Below are positions 26,267-39,384 of a stretch of 43,707 bases of DNA, in pieces. Origin of the DNA: Sphaeroforma arctica JP610. Lineage: Eukaryota. The notes under the pieces were generated by a model. The model was not told where the DNA came from. It ran no database searches and was given only the letters and a program-made list of their open reading frames with translations. Location of the stretch: the NCBI RefSeq assembly GCF_001186125.1, contig NW_014040512.1:15979-59685 (forward strand), given 5' to 3'. The position numbers were made by a program, and so were the translations under genes. The number at the start of each line of letters is the position of its first letter. The first letter of the stretch is position 1.

Positions 26267-29200
26267 GCGTGTGTGTGTGCATGTATATGTTTATGTTTAT
26301 GTTCATGTCTGTAAATATATATATATATTGTCTGTATATATATATATATATATGTTTATATATATATATATACGCAGCAGAGATATCCATTTTATGTATA
26401 TATGAATCTGATTTCTAATGTGCACAAGTACGACTGGGAACGCATGCAAATTCGTATATGTTTATGTCTATGTGCGTTATATATCTAACTGCCACCGCAA
26501 AACTTCCACAAGAACCTTTGCCATAATACTTAATGATTTACACTATCACATACAGATTTTGACAAGTGCCTCCAAATGTCTATGTACTGTGACCGCTTTG
26601 GTGACGAAGAACTACACGAGCTTGGTAGATACTGTCCGCAAATTCTACGGTATACTTCATCGTATTGTGGCAAATTATGAACTGTACTTGGTTATTTCAT
26701 AGTTCACAAGTAAGCATTACGGATTCAATCCTGTGACTCTGTGTTTCAGGCTTCTTCTCTTGTGTCTAGCACTGTGTACTTCTTGAAATATCCGAGTGTT
26801 AGGTAGTACACTGGAAACTATACGATGTCAAAATCTATAGTGACCTTAAGAGTTGTACTCGCTGCAAATCAACGAAACTGCGTTCCTTAACTTGCAGCAA
26901 TGATTCCTATATTTTGTGACCCTTTATTACTCGCAATATATCGCAGAGATTACGGCTCCAATGTAATCTACTTCATTAAAATTTGTTATTATTGCCTTAA
27001 CGTGCAAACTAATGTACCTTGTGACGCGCAATTGCTATGATGTACGTTGTAGTGCGGGTGTGAGGCTGTAAGTGCTGTGTTGGATCTTTCAGGCAAAAAA
27101 GTGTATTTAAGTTAGGAAAACGGCACAAATCGTTAGAATAAAACTGGTGTATTGACCAAAATAAAAGCATTGTACACACAGCTTCTCTCTATAACACAAC
27201 TCGACATTGCGCTCAATCTCAAACACAGCCTTCGTGAAGAAACAACAAATTATGTGCGAAAAGACCAAAAAAATAGATCCGCGGGCGGTATCTACTTTGA
27301 ACAGAGCCATGTTTATCCTTGGCATGCTGGTTCGGTTCTTCGATTTTGATGGACCTGAAATCAGTATGTTTGGCCGTCTTTTGTATGAGGGAAGGCTTTG
27401 CTCACCTGAGTGTATAGATTATGTACTGCAAATTAGAACTGACTTACGGGAATCAGTGCTGCAGCCAAACGTTAAGTATGTGTGTGTGAATGTGGATTTG
27501 CTTGTATGATTGTATGCAATACTGCCCTGTTGTGTTCTATTTTATTGTATGTAGTATATCTAATAGTTGCGAGGCAATCTCAAGTAACTATTCGAGTTTA
27601 TAAAACGATGGTTTCTGCCTGTCGAATACGATGGTCTGCTAGATGCGCCAGTTTGTACCGCATTTATAGATTTTGGAACCGTGCCGAATTTGCAACTGTA
27701 ATAATTCTTGAACTGGAAACTGCATTTGTGCAACTATGAACTCGGTTTCAATATTGAAATAGGTCAGTATATAAATAATCATTGATACCAATTATTCTCG
27801 GCTTATTCTCTATAACTTTACGCAGTTGAACAATATATGTCACAGGCCGAGCCTGTCGCACCGACTATCCTGTGCCCGGTAAGCGAATTGTGCCGTCGCT
27901 TTGTGCTTGGTATTAATTGTTATACGGTGCCATTAACCATGTTAAACGGTGCCATTAACCATGTTAAACGGTGTCATGAATCATGTTATTCGGTGTCATG
28001 TCTGAATTTGTATATGATAAGAACATTTACCAAATCTTGTGATAAGCCGAAGTGTAATCTTACACCGATGATAGATGATACTGAAAGGTGGTATACATTT
28101 ACTTTGATAGCACAGGGTCCTGAGTAGCGTAATGAATACGTTGTTTGCAAGTGCAGATGTGCACATGTTAGTCAATTTTATCACTTTTGAGGGGGGGGGG
28201 GTTTGTGGTTGATTACTCTCACTCTTGAACGGATGTTGTTGGTATTAACCTGATGGACTCATCTGCAAAAGCTAGTTTACAAGCGAGAAAGACTACGTAT
28301 GTGGATTCTTACTGAATTATTTCTGTGCATATTTTATCTGTATTGTGTTAAAACATTCTTTGTCATCGTCTATTCTGTATTTTCAAACTGTGCACATATT
28401 TACTTTCTCTGCTTGTGAGTCGCATAAATGGAAATATGCCTACTCATGTTTTTGAGTATCTGTCGATCAACCTTGGCAACTTTAACCGCGTGCAACAACA
28501 GTCTCGTCTAAAGTCGAAGTTTATTCATGATACAGGGAAAGGCTAAGGACTCAGTCTTCGACGTTCTAATGTTCTTCGCCTCTGGCCAAACTCAAGTTCG
28601 CGCAACAAGCCTCAACGCTTTAGGTACGCTTGCTAGTGTGTTTCAGGGGTTGTACTTAGCACACCTTGCAAACTCTGTACGTATGAGCTCGTGCTTGTGG
28701 TTTTACATACGCTTCGCAGCCATTGTCAGATACGATGAGGAACATGACAAGGCATATACAGTTGTATTTGGTTTGGCTACTCTAGAGCAGGGGCATATTG
28801 TTTGAGTCAGACTTCGTTTGGTGCACCGAGCATGCAAACAAATTGTAGTTTATGTAGATAGTGCAATTATGCCCTACCACTACACTCGACACTCTAAGCT
28901 TCATATTATTAGAGTTGCAAGGGCATGCTGAGGCACTAATTTACAGGACAGTACTCGCTGGGACTAACCAACTCCAGAAATAAGTCTATGGCGTGGGATA
29001 TCCGGCTTTAAACACTCCTACGGTTTCGCCCGGAAACTTTGGAATACTAATCGTACTATTTTCTGCACTAGAGGTGTATCTAATTATCCGGTCTCGAAAT
29101 GTAGTCAATGCGCCACCCAACGACCTCCTCCCTTTTCTTTCTCAGGCAGCGTATTTGTGCGTTATCCAGCACTAATGGCCAAACAGGTCACGGAGCAACT

Positions 29201-29591
29201 GTACGCAAAGTATCTGGACACCACACTTGCGGGTGATCTGGATGCACGCGTGTTGCAGAATCTCAAGCTGGTACTAGAGGAGGAGGAGCAACGCTTACAT
29301 GCGCTAAATGCTACAGGTAAGTGAAGCCTCCCCGTGTTAGATATAGACAACAATGTATATAGTTGGGTGTTTGTGCTGTTCGAGAATGTAGAACGGTACA
29401 TGTGTAGCAGCTGTACTCAAGGTTACCGGTGACGACGAATTGTGGGTGGTATGGACGCACGCAAATGCAGAATCTAGAGCTGTTATCAGAGAAGATGGGG
29501 GGGGTACATTGTAGACACCCGATACTACAATTAGGTGTAGCCCGTGACAATGTGTTTATATAGTACTGCTTGCTAATGTCGTCGTGATGTT

Positions 29592-29631
<40 letters not shown>

Positions 29632-32600
29632 GTACTAGTTGTATATACATAATCTGTTGTTCATATATACATACTGCCGGAAGTTAAAATCTTTTCCTGA
29701 GAGCTGCGTATGCACCCTCTTTCTCTGTAGAAGAGTTTAGAATGTTTTCAATAGTAGAGTTTGTCCGAGCACAAGCTTTGTGACTATTTGGTGTTCAAAT
29801 TGCATCGTAGACATACCTGAGTGTCCTACATAAATTGTATGTTCATCTTGCATTTACTAGAATGTATATTCGTACATGTGCGTAAATATTTATATGTATG
29901 TATCCTCATTTATATCTTGGTATACTTCCTCTTTTTTGTCCAACTACATCTCTTTGTGAATAAATCCGAGTGGTGTTTTTCGAGGTGTGTAGGATTGCAA
30001 GTGCCTATTGTACTCTTATTTATGTAAAATACCAATGACATTCTACCTCTAAAACGCCATAGTGTGTCAACTTGAATAGCGTATGTGTGCGCACACAAAT
30101 ATCCATTGCAGACCATATCGTGAGCACCTACGTCACTACAACGAGATCTGTGGGACAGTAGTCCTTGCACCATATACACGCAAGCCGTACAAGCTATTTA
30201 ATACCATCTTGGGGTGGGGGGGCGTTTGACTTTGCAGGCCAAACTAGCGAGGAGGGTGGTGATGTGATGGGAGCTTACATGGACGGCGACGCGACGTATG
30301 TGCATTTTTAGCATGGTTGTTCCATCGCTTCGAATGTTTGTAATTGCCGTTTTGACATGTATAGCTTCGTGTAAAGCTAGCAGTTTACGGGAAAATATTG
30401 TAGAGTGATGTTTTAAACTCATACGCACACGCGAATACTCACAACTCGAGCACGGTGCAGAAGAGCTAATATAACACGTGGGTGTGGATATACTTCTGTT
30501 GTCTGCCTGTTTTGTTTATATAATCGATGTGACTTCAAGTGATTGCACACAAATACACAACATTATAGACAGCTACGCATAGGAGAGGTACACACCTGCC
30601 ATCGAGCTTTCACGTTTGTAAGATTCTACATCAGATACTTTTTATGGTACATATGATAGTGTGAGTGTCTGTGTGGACCGAAATCATGTTTATTTAGCCG
30701 AATCAGCGTTCATCTGTATGCTTGCTTAGTCCTGAGATGTATTTGTACAATCCTTCATATATTGAAATATCTGTTCCATATAGCTGCCATAATATTCCTC
30801 GCCTCAAAGTGCACTTGATACTGTGCCTTGATTAGTAGTTCGAATCCTCTCAGCACGGTAAACGGTTCTTGTGATACAATCAGGTCATCTACCCTATCAA
30901 CCTTTCGAACCCATAATCATATGACTTTTATTTTATTTTCTATTTATGAACTTCTCATTCGTATCTGTCTACACTACGTATACCGTTAAACGCCCACGTA
31001 TATGCCATCTGTCTTCTCCTAGGGCCCTTACCGGCGCGTTACAGGCCTTGCTACCGAATGTACTCAACACATTCTTCTCGCCCGTGCCCAAGACCCGTCT
31101 TGTGGCACTGCACGTCGTTGGACTGTGTCTTAGACAAGGACTGGTACATCCAATGAAGGTTCGTAGTGTTTTAATGCTACCACGGATTATATTTTACACT
31201 AGCTGTTCATTAGATTTAGATGCAGCGTGGGGCTTTGAATCAGACCAGCGATGTTGATCAGGGTATCGTGATTGTGTGAACTTGTGCTAATTCTGTATGG
31301 TATAGGTAGTCAGTCTGGTGTATGACATGTCATTAGCCTGTGTCACAGACATGGGCTGGTTCATTCTCTGAGGGAGTGTGAGGTGGTTTCCGAATGCATT
31401 CTTCTTTTTACACTTCTCTTAACGACCAATAAACTATCATGCTGAATGAAACCTCACATCGCATATTCCGCAGTGTATAGCGCATATCATAGCTTTAGAA
31501 GCGGACAGCGAGAAGATGATTCAAAGCAAATCACAGGAACTGCTCAAAGATCAGATGGACAAACATAAGGGATTCGTCATCCCATCCATCTCCGATGGTG
31601 TTAGGCACTCTTACCGCATGCGGTGTACCCTCAACAACACCAAGGTATTGCTGGCCGTGGGAGCTTTTGGTTGATGAGCTTGCTCACTACTCTTCCCTGC
31701 CCTCGTTCTTGTACACGCACGTAAGGCTGCTCATATATCGACTAGTGTCCTCTTAATGTATACAGGCGTGTTTTCTTCATATCGCAGGGGCAGTTGGAGG
31801 ATTTGTGCTAATTTTGTATATACCCAGCCGTGTGTAAGGCTAGAATGCTTCTCTTTAATGCTGTCAAATGTATGTATTCCGCCGTTGTACAGGATGTAAT
31901 ATGCACTTTTGAATACAATTGTCCGTGCAGCTGAATACATAGCTTCACTTTAAGGTATGCATGTATAATATTAGCTAATATTGTGTGTTACAGTACTCAT
32001 CCCATCACCTACCATGCCACTTCTTATGCAAGTTTAGCATATGTTATACCAAGACAGCCATTGAAACATTACAATCCACCTACAGGATGTGCGTGGCTAT
32101 ATAAAGGATGGCAAGCAACAGTTCAGTACCATGACGCGGACATACGCTCTGGTGACCGCCAGCGGTGTTGCCAACAGACGTGCCATGATCCGCGAAATGC
32201 TGAGGGTATTTGACGATAATATCTTGATATTGTCTGAAGATTACTCGCTTACTAATAGGTTTGTCGTCGATTATTTATTTTTATTGTGCGTGTAAAGTAC
32301 TTTCATGCGCGAGCGTATACGTATGTGTTGGTATCTTTGTGCATGTTTGTACGCGTGATTGAGTGTGAGAGCGCGTGTATAGATACGTACGTGTGAGTTT
32401 ATGAGTGCATGTATATATACTTATTTGCGATTTATGTACCCTAGCCGCGTAAGTCGTTAGTATGGAGTACTAGCGGCCTATTTTGCAATAACTCGCACAC
32501 AATATGGGCTTCAGCTTGGGGCCGTTCATCCTAGGACACCAGATACCATCTAGATCGAGACCATCTTTTGTTGTATCATCGACCTTTCCTTTCGATTTAG

Positions 32601-33487
32601 TCTCTACTTTCAATGTTCCTCAAACAAATCCGTTCCAGATCTGACTTTAACCATAGAATGCCCGCTCATATATATAACACGTATAGTTGCCGTGATTTTG
32701 TGCCCATTTCAATTACTGGCTTCTATAGCTCAGCCACTCACCGAGAAAGACCAAGACGCGATAACCAGGTGTCCTCGAGCACGCTATCTAACACAACACT
32801 ATGCATTATCTGGTGTACCTCGATGAGCGCATCATGTACCTTTCCATTAAAGGCAACAGTATCGTTTGCATACTTTTAGATTCGTTCTTGCGTGCCCGTT
32901 AATAAACAACTTTTCAATCCTCAGCCAACCCCAGACCAAGACCAAGCCGCGAATACTTGATACCACCGAACACACCATCGAGCACAACACCATGCAGTAC
33001 CTGATGTATCTCGGGGAGACCATCACATACCTTCCGTTCACCCACGAAGATGAACCCTTGGCTGTGTGGCGTGCCATGGAGGATATAGTGTCTGTGCGTT
33101 TACACTACGCTGTCAGGACCGTCAAGCACGTGTTGGGCATTGGGTCGAAGCCCGAGTCTGCGCCGAAGTCAGGCCGCGAACGGGGTAAATGTTTTCATTC
33201 ACTGATTAGGACATAAATATACAATGTGAGTTAGTTGAGTTTATCGGTTCGCCCAAGGTAAATTTGTCTATGGAGTGCGGGTGAGTGTGTGCCGGTCACA
33301 AATCGTGGACAATTATTAGATATCGTGATATACCATGTGATACAATGCACTTATCGGTAATCAGTTAGCACGAGGAAGATATATTTTCTTTAACGCCGAT
33401 TTCGTTCTTTTAGAATTTCTATCTGTCATACATACAGTGGCATGTATATTGGGTCACTTTAGAAAATATATTATTATATTATATGTA

Positions 33488-33571
<84 letters not shown>

Positions 33572-35249
33572 TCTCAGTGATGATTTACGCTCTCTGTATG
33601 CCGAAATTACTTCTTATGCTTAAATCTAAACGTTCGTGGTGAGCTGTTTTGTACCAAATATCGGTCCAATCATAGTTGCATTGGTGTGTGTGTATACACA
33701 TATGTATATATATATCTAGTTAAAGCTATTACTCTTCTATGAAGGTCTGTATAAAAGGCGTCACGTCTTTACGCAGATATGCACTCGCGTTTATTTATGG
33801 CCAATTGTAACACCGTGCGATTACCTGCCATCTATCTACTTCCAGCGGCTGATGTTTCATCAGGTGACACACAGTGGCGAGACGACAATAGCACACCACA
33901 CGAGGAACACGAACAGCTGCATGCGCACGAACAATCACCACAACACGTGGAGACACACACCGCCAACGACCACACCGACGATCACTTGGAGATCGACTCT
34001 CTGGCACTCTCTGCAGAGGAGTTTGCGCAGGCGTTGGGAGTGGATCCAGTGAGACTGGGGGTAAGCCTGGGTGCGGATGCGGATGCGGATGCGGATGCGG
34101 ATGCGGATGCGGATGCGGATGCGGATGCGGATGCGGATAGTAAGGATGCAAATGAACAATTGACGATGAATGGTAGTACAAAGACCGGCACGCCCGACAC
34201 GAGAAAAGCGAATGGCGATGGATTTGCTATGCCTGCGCCTATTGCACCCCAAACCACTTTAGTTGACGAGGTGGGGATATCTTGATTGCTTTCGGTGTGA
34301 TAAGTGTATATAATTTTGCTTAACCGACTGTTGATGTGGCTATGACTACATGTGTCTGAGCAGCAAATGTGATCAAGAGGTTTTCTAGGGTACTATCAGA
34401 CACAACAGGGCTAAAAACAAATTGCGGGGGGAGGGGGTTGCAGTCATGTGCGTGTGTCTTTTTCCTACTTTGCAAGCGCGCTTAGATAAAAAATTGTTAT
34501 GCATTCAGATGCTCTTTCTCGTACCTGTTGTGCAACCAAATAGCACATGATTTGATGGCAGGAGTTTCCTCCCTTATGGGGCGATCTTATATAGAATTGT
34601 AGTTCTTTGTAATGTTTTCTCGCATCAATTCTCACCCGCTGCTACCTTCAATCACAGACTCCCGTGAGCGATCGCGTGCGACACCTGGCTCGTTTATGCG
34701 GACCGCTTGTGCAGCTATGTATACTTTACCATACACAGGAAGCATTACAACTCTCGTACATACTCTCGGGAGAAGGATATGTCCGCCGGTCCACCCTACC
34801 CAGAGATAGAATGCAGAATAAGAAACAGGACAAAGTGCCCGAAAAGACTCTTGTGGTGCGTACACCTTTCAGCGAGACAGAAAAGGGTGTGCGAGCAATT
34901 ATGGGAGATGTCGCGGGCGCGGGAGTGAGCACCGATGTTAAGCACCTGTGGAAATGGTATGTGCGCCTTGAGTTGTCTCAGTTTTAAAGGTGTAGCATGG
35001 TCCTCCAGACCCTTATTTACCTTGGTGTGAGTGCAATATTGGTCATGCACGTAGATTGTTATTATTTTATCTCGTAAAGCTTCAGTGAGTGTATTTTTTA
35101 TATCTCCCTCGAAGGGTGCTCGTACGAAACGATTAGTATCCTCATTTTTGTTCTTGCTCGCACATTTTGTATATATATATGTGTGTGAGTGGATGGGTGG
35201 GTGGGTGTGGGTGTGGGTCTGTGTGTATATGCCTGTATGTCTGTGTATG

Positions 35250-35311
<62 letters not shown>

Positions 35312-35325
35312 GTATATAACTATNT

Positions 35326-35366
<41 letters not shown>

Positions 35367-36794
35367 ATGTATGTATATGTGTATATATATAATATATATA
35401 TATATATTATACATGCGCTATGTTGGCAACCGAGGAATGGAGCTAAGTGCAAAAACTATTCGGATTTAGCATTCGTGTGTTCTGTATATCGCTCGTTTCA
35501 TGCATCGCCTGCCGTGTGTTGTGCGCCGTACGCCATGGCCCTTCATACGTACCACCCCGCAAGTCGATGGTACCCCAACTCTCACATACTCGTTTTTCTC
35601 TGGTAGTCTTGGTCTACTGACTAGTCAATCTCATATCCGAATTTGGAAGTTATCCATGATGTATGCAGTTATTTAATAATGAAGACGAATCTTGATACCT
35701 GTGCTCGGCACAAGGCAAAGTGTTGTCCGTGCAGATTTTATCGCATTGACTTCTAATTACATTTATTACTCATCCGGGTGCCAAATCTACTCGCAGGTAC
35801 TCCCGCTTCCAGGATGTAGTAGCTGCATGCTCAGTAACGCGCGATCCAGTCTCCATCTCCAGCGATAGCGAACTCGAAAACGAATACGCACTCGCAGGAA
35901 ATGCACCCAACAATTTTACTAAGCACGGTGTAGATACAGACGTACATGAACACCCGAATACACCCAAGCAGCACAGCACACACGCATCCCGAAGGAACAG
36001 TCAGACTAAGTCACAGGGACGAAGCGGTGGGAGCCGTAATAGTACTGACCGCAAACGCAGTGGGGGACAACCACTGGTCAGAAGGAGGTCAACCCGTGAG
36101 CATTCAGACACAAACTACGGAGAGGAGCATGATCTGACAGGTATGGGATCGCAGTGACTGTTGATGGAGGGAGGTTGCGTTCAGAAGTTAATTGGTCAAT
36201 ATTTTGGGGATGTTCGTATATATGAATATGTGAGTCTGTATCCTTCGCCGGACTCTTAAATGCCCCGACTGTTCATCTACATTTTCAAAAAAAAAACCCC
36301 CCTATCATCATCTACACAATATTGTTGTGTCCTTGTATTTATGTATGTATGCATGTATTATATATATTTGTGTGTGTGTGTTTGTATTTGTATTTGTATT
36401 TGTATATGTATATATGTATTTATATTTCAGTGTAAATAGGTCTAAGTATATATATATATATGTTTGTGTGCACATGTGTGTGCGTGTGTGTGTGTGCGTG
36501 CTTTTATGTGTATGTGTCTGTGTTTCATGTGCACCCGCATATTTATGTGTTTATTGATAAACGATTACATATACGCGTCAAGGTCAATTACGACAACTCA
36601 GTGTGAAATTTATGCCATCCTAAAGCAAGCGAATATTTCTTAATGTCGCTTTCATTTGCGCAGGTTCTGAAGAGGACTCCGGAGACTCGTATAGCCCAAC
36701 ACAAAGCGGCAGACGACGAAGTAAACTCACTCCTGCACGTAGACGATCGAGATCGCGAGATGACAGTCCTGACTACCACCCAAATGCTCACTAG
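6966..36794 (+). CDS. NIPBL: Cohesin loader Nipped-B-like / Scc2, 38 predicted coding exons, about 2258 aa, with an inserted PHD finger
   Basis: Phase-consistent GT-AG exons: 6966-8190, 9000-9149, 9431-9575, 10400-10517, 11405-11500, 12361-12457, 12989-13064, 13804-13891, 14392-14499, 14817-14917, 16154-16277, 16806-16909, 17306-17441, 18021-18164, 18474-18613, 19390-19597, 20278-20378, 20980-21170, 22204-22341, 22641-22732, 22896-23086, 23729-23933, 24638-24749, 25466-25614, 26556-26649, 27229-27363, 27826-27878, 28536-28623, 29146-29316, 30238-30295, 31023-31158, 31474-31644, 32086-32258, 32925-33184, 33846-34270, 34658-34956, 35797-36140, 36664-36794 (6777 nt, ends TAG). Family motifs: [130 protein letters not shown]. 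Some boundaries in low-complexity parts are uncertain. Confidence 0.95.
6990..7070 (+). other. N-terminal Scc4/MAU2-binding motif region of NIPBL
   Basis: [27 protein letters not shown] resembles the human NIPBL N-terminus (…LLNQLPLPSPLP) that binds MAU2; supports the ATG at 6966 (or 6978) as start. Confidence 0.7.
13210..13330. repeat. Intronic compound (AT)n/(ATGT)n/(GT)n microsatellite
   Basis: Directly visible. Confidence 0.9.
18510..19414 (+). other. PHD zinc finger (C4HC3) split over NIPBL exons 15-16
   Basis: Spliced translation [44 protein letters not shown]; all eight ligands present; phase-2 intron 18614-19389 (GTAAGT…ACAG). Confidence 0.92.
20980..22732 (+). other. Cohesin_HEAT core of NIPBL (exons 18-20)
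   Basis: [19 protein letters not shown]…[20 protein letters not shown]…[18 protein letters not shown] is the best-conserved Scc2 segment. Confidence 0.9.
26215..26372. repeat. Intronic (AT)n-dominated microsatellite cluster
   Basis: Directly visible. Confidence 0.9.
27924..28000. repeat. 22-bp minisatellite, about 3.5 copies
   Basis: ACGGTGCCATTAACCATGTTAA twice perfectly, then degenerate ACGGTGTCATGAATCATGTTAT and a partial copy. Confidence 0.9.
31023..33184 (+). other. Nipped-B_C domain region of NIPBL (exons 31-34)
   Basis: [12 protein letters not shown]…[29 protein letters not shown]…[21 protein letters not shown]. Confidence 0.88.
33466..33568. repeat. Long intronic (AT)n tract
   Basis: More than 35 uninterrupted AT units from about 33495. 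Confidence 0.95.
34073..34138 (+). repeat. (GCGGAT)11 hexanucleotide repeat encoding (Ala-Asp)11
   Basis: 66 nt perfect repeat, in frame with NIPBL exon 35. Confidence 0.95.
35170..35410. repeat. Intronic compound microsatellite with one ambiguous base (n at 35324)
   Basis: (AT)n, (GT)n, (ATATGT)n and (GGGT)n tracts. Confidence 0.9.
36340..36555. repeat. Intronic compound (GT)n/(TTTGTA)n/(AT)n microsatellite
   Basis: Directly visible. Confidence 0.88.
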
Positions 36795-39384
36795 CCATAT
36801 AGCCTCGTATGTGCAATTGAAAGGACGCGCATTGTATTTTCTCGTATTGATGCTAAGAATATATCATTAGTCCGGATTTAGATCAATCTGGGACGGCAGA
36901 GATACCGGATTGGGGATGTAGTGGTGAATCATATTAGCGCGCTGTGGTTATCTTAAGTCGCTATCCTTCCGTAAGCATCCCGTTTGCAATGGCCACTTTC
37001 CATGCCGATGTATATCATTTCAAAGTGTCCGCAATTGAATTCAAACCGTCTCAAAAATTGTTCAGTAACTGACGTTACTGAGTGTGTGACAACACCCACG
37101 CGAACTATGAGCGAGGAATCCGGCTTGTTGCTGTTCGTATAGTATTCGCAATCAAATATTATGGGCCCCGCATGGCAAGCCCTCAATATGGGTTCTAAGG
37201 CACCTGTTCACTCGCAAGAGCTTTACTATTACTTACATACAAGTTATTGATTTCAGAGGCCAGCCACTTACAATGGTGGCATTGTAGACTCGATGGATCT
37301 CTGGTTGAGCGAGAGATGCCCGCTCACCTTTGCTTGACACTTCAACATGCCACTCCGTTTGATCAGTACATAGAAGCGTGCTTCTGCTAAGTTGAATGTG
37401 TATACCTACATTGCAGGTAGCAGCACGTATCCTGAGAATTGCACAATGCAACAAATATGAACACGGCGCCACTTGATATCCACCGTCGCAACCAGAAATT
37501 TATCAGAATATTTGAGAGCTAATATTTCAGTTCTAGTCTATCAGTTCCGGACATGTACGGTTCGGCATTGAGTGAAGGCCTCATATTAAGTGTCAGTGTG
37601 GAATACATGCCAATATGTGCGTTTCGAATGGCCAACCACATTTTCACCTTTCCGACTTACTGCCATTGTGCTGCTGATTGGCATCATAAGCTTATAGACC
37701 GATTTGTAATCGCCAATAAAGCGCCGCTGCTCAAAATCGATCGTGACTCGCATACTCTGATTGTTCTTAGAGACTGCACAATTCGTTTTTAAATTGATAT
37801 GCTGTCTACTCTTCTGTTATTATAGTGTATTTGAGATAACACTTCAAGGAATTGACGTTTCGATTATTGTTACATTCATCCATCAACTGTGACTTTCTCG
37901 TGGCAATCTACATACCTTTTTACCGTTTTGCTCAAAGTTGTTTAGTGTTGCCGTTCCCCACAGAATACTTTGTGGACCATAACCAGGCGGGTGAGTAACA
38001 CAGGTTAGGAGAGACCTGGACTTGTTTCAATGGTTTACGAGAATAATTCTAATTTCGACCATCACTTCCTCGCAGGTTCCAGGAAATACTATTTTCACAG
38101 TCACCTTTCACTTATTTGCCTATATTTACATCTCGCTTAGCTCGGAAGTGCGAGCGCTCCGGTTGATGTAGATTGTTCAATGCACACTTCAGTTTCGACG
38201 ATTCCATTTTTTTACTAGTAGCGATGATTTATAAGCGCTAGGACTACGATCGGTTTCGCTGATAGGGACATATGCCAAGTTAGCTCAAAATCGTCAAAAT
38301 ACTACAAATCAGTTGCGTTGTGTAGTAATGCATCTTGTATGAATTGGAAATCTGTTTCGCCGGCGTAGAGTGCCCAGGATCTACATTGGATAATAAACAT
38401 TGATTTGTCCGATCATAATCGTTTCTCGATACGAACGTGCGAGAATACGTTATGTTACACTTAGAATCGGTCGAGAATGGTCACATGCATAAAGTGAGAT
38501 ACTGATATGACAAAGAAGCTACATTTTAACGCATGCCCCGTAGTCATCAAGATCACTTAGCCTATAATGCGCAAACACTTGCGGGAATGCTTTTGATTGG
38601 AAGGTAGTCATATATGTCGAATCAAATAGTGCGCAGTATCTGCGACGCCTTTGTGTTTAAGAGTTCCAACTCTTTTCTCGACTTCTTCCCAGCATTTTAT
38701 TGAGTAGATTAAGACTTGGGACATCGAATACAATGCTGCTATTGTAGCTACTATGTTCAAATTTGAGATCTGCCGGCCAATTATATAATCTTCAATCGCA
38801 CACGTTTTCTCTAAGCTGTAAACATACCAAAAACATTTTGTTTCTTGATATAAAAGCAGTGTTGTCAATATGGGGATACTGCGATAGACACTGAAATATA
38901 AAAACGAGAGATTTCTCTCCTCTTACAGGACCAATTTGTATTGGCAACACAACTGTATATTTAGCAGTTGATTGCACTAATGTTGTTGGATTATACAAAA
39001 TTATTACATGTCACTCCCATTGCCGCGATCTGGCTACTTCCAAATCCGTATATACCAATCCTCTAATACTCGAATTTTGCAAGGCGTGATAATTCCATGG
39101 GCTCGATGTGCATTTTTCTGATGTTTACAGCTGGTGTAGTATATCATTGTCCGCTCATAAGTAGCGGAATCTTCTTTCCTATCACGAATTGCCGCTTTGT
39201 AATTTCTCACGCTACAGGTTACGCCGTTCCTCATCCTACCCTCATTTTACCCTGAAGATTTTCTACCTCCGCCAAGCTCCAAGAATTTTTACTGGCAAGC
39301 GAACATGCTCACTGCCTGAACCGCGGGCAAATTCCTCGTTTTTCACACTACATGGTGATTTATTCAACCGATCTTTTATAAATT

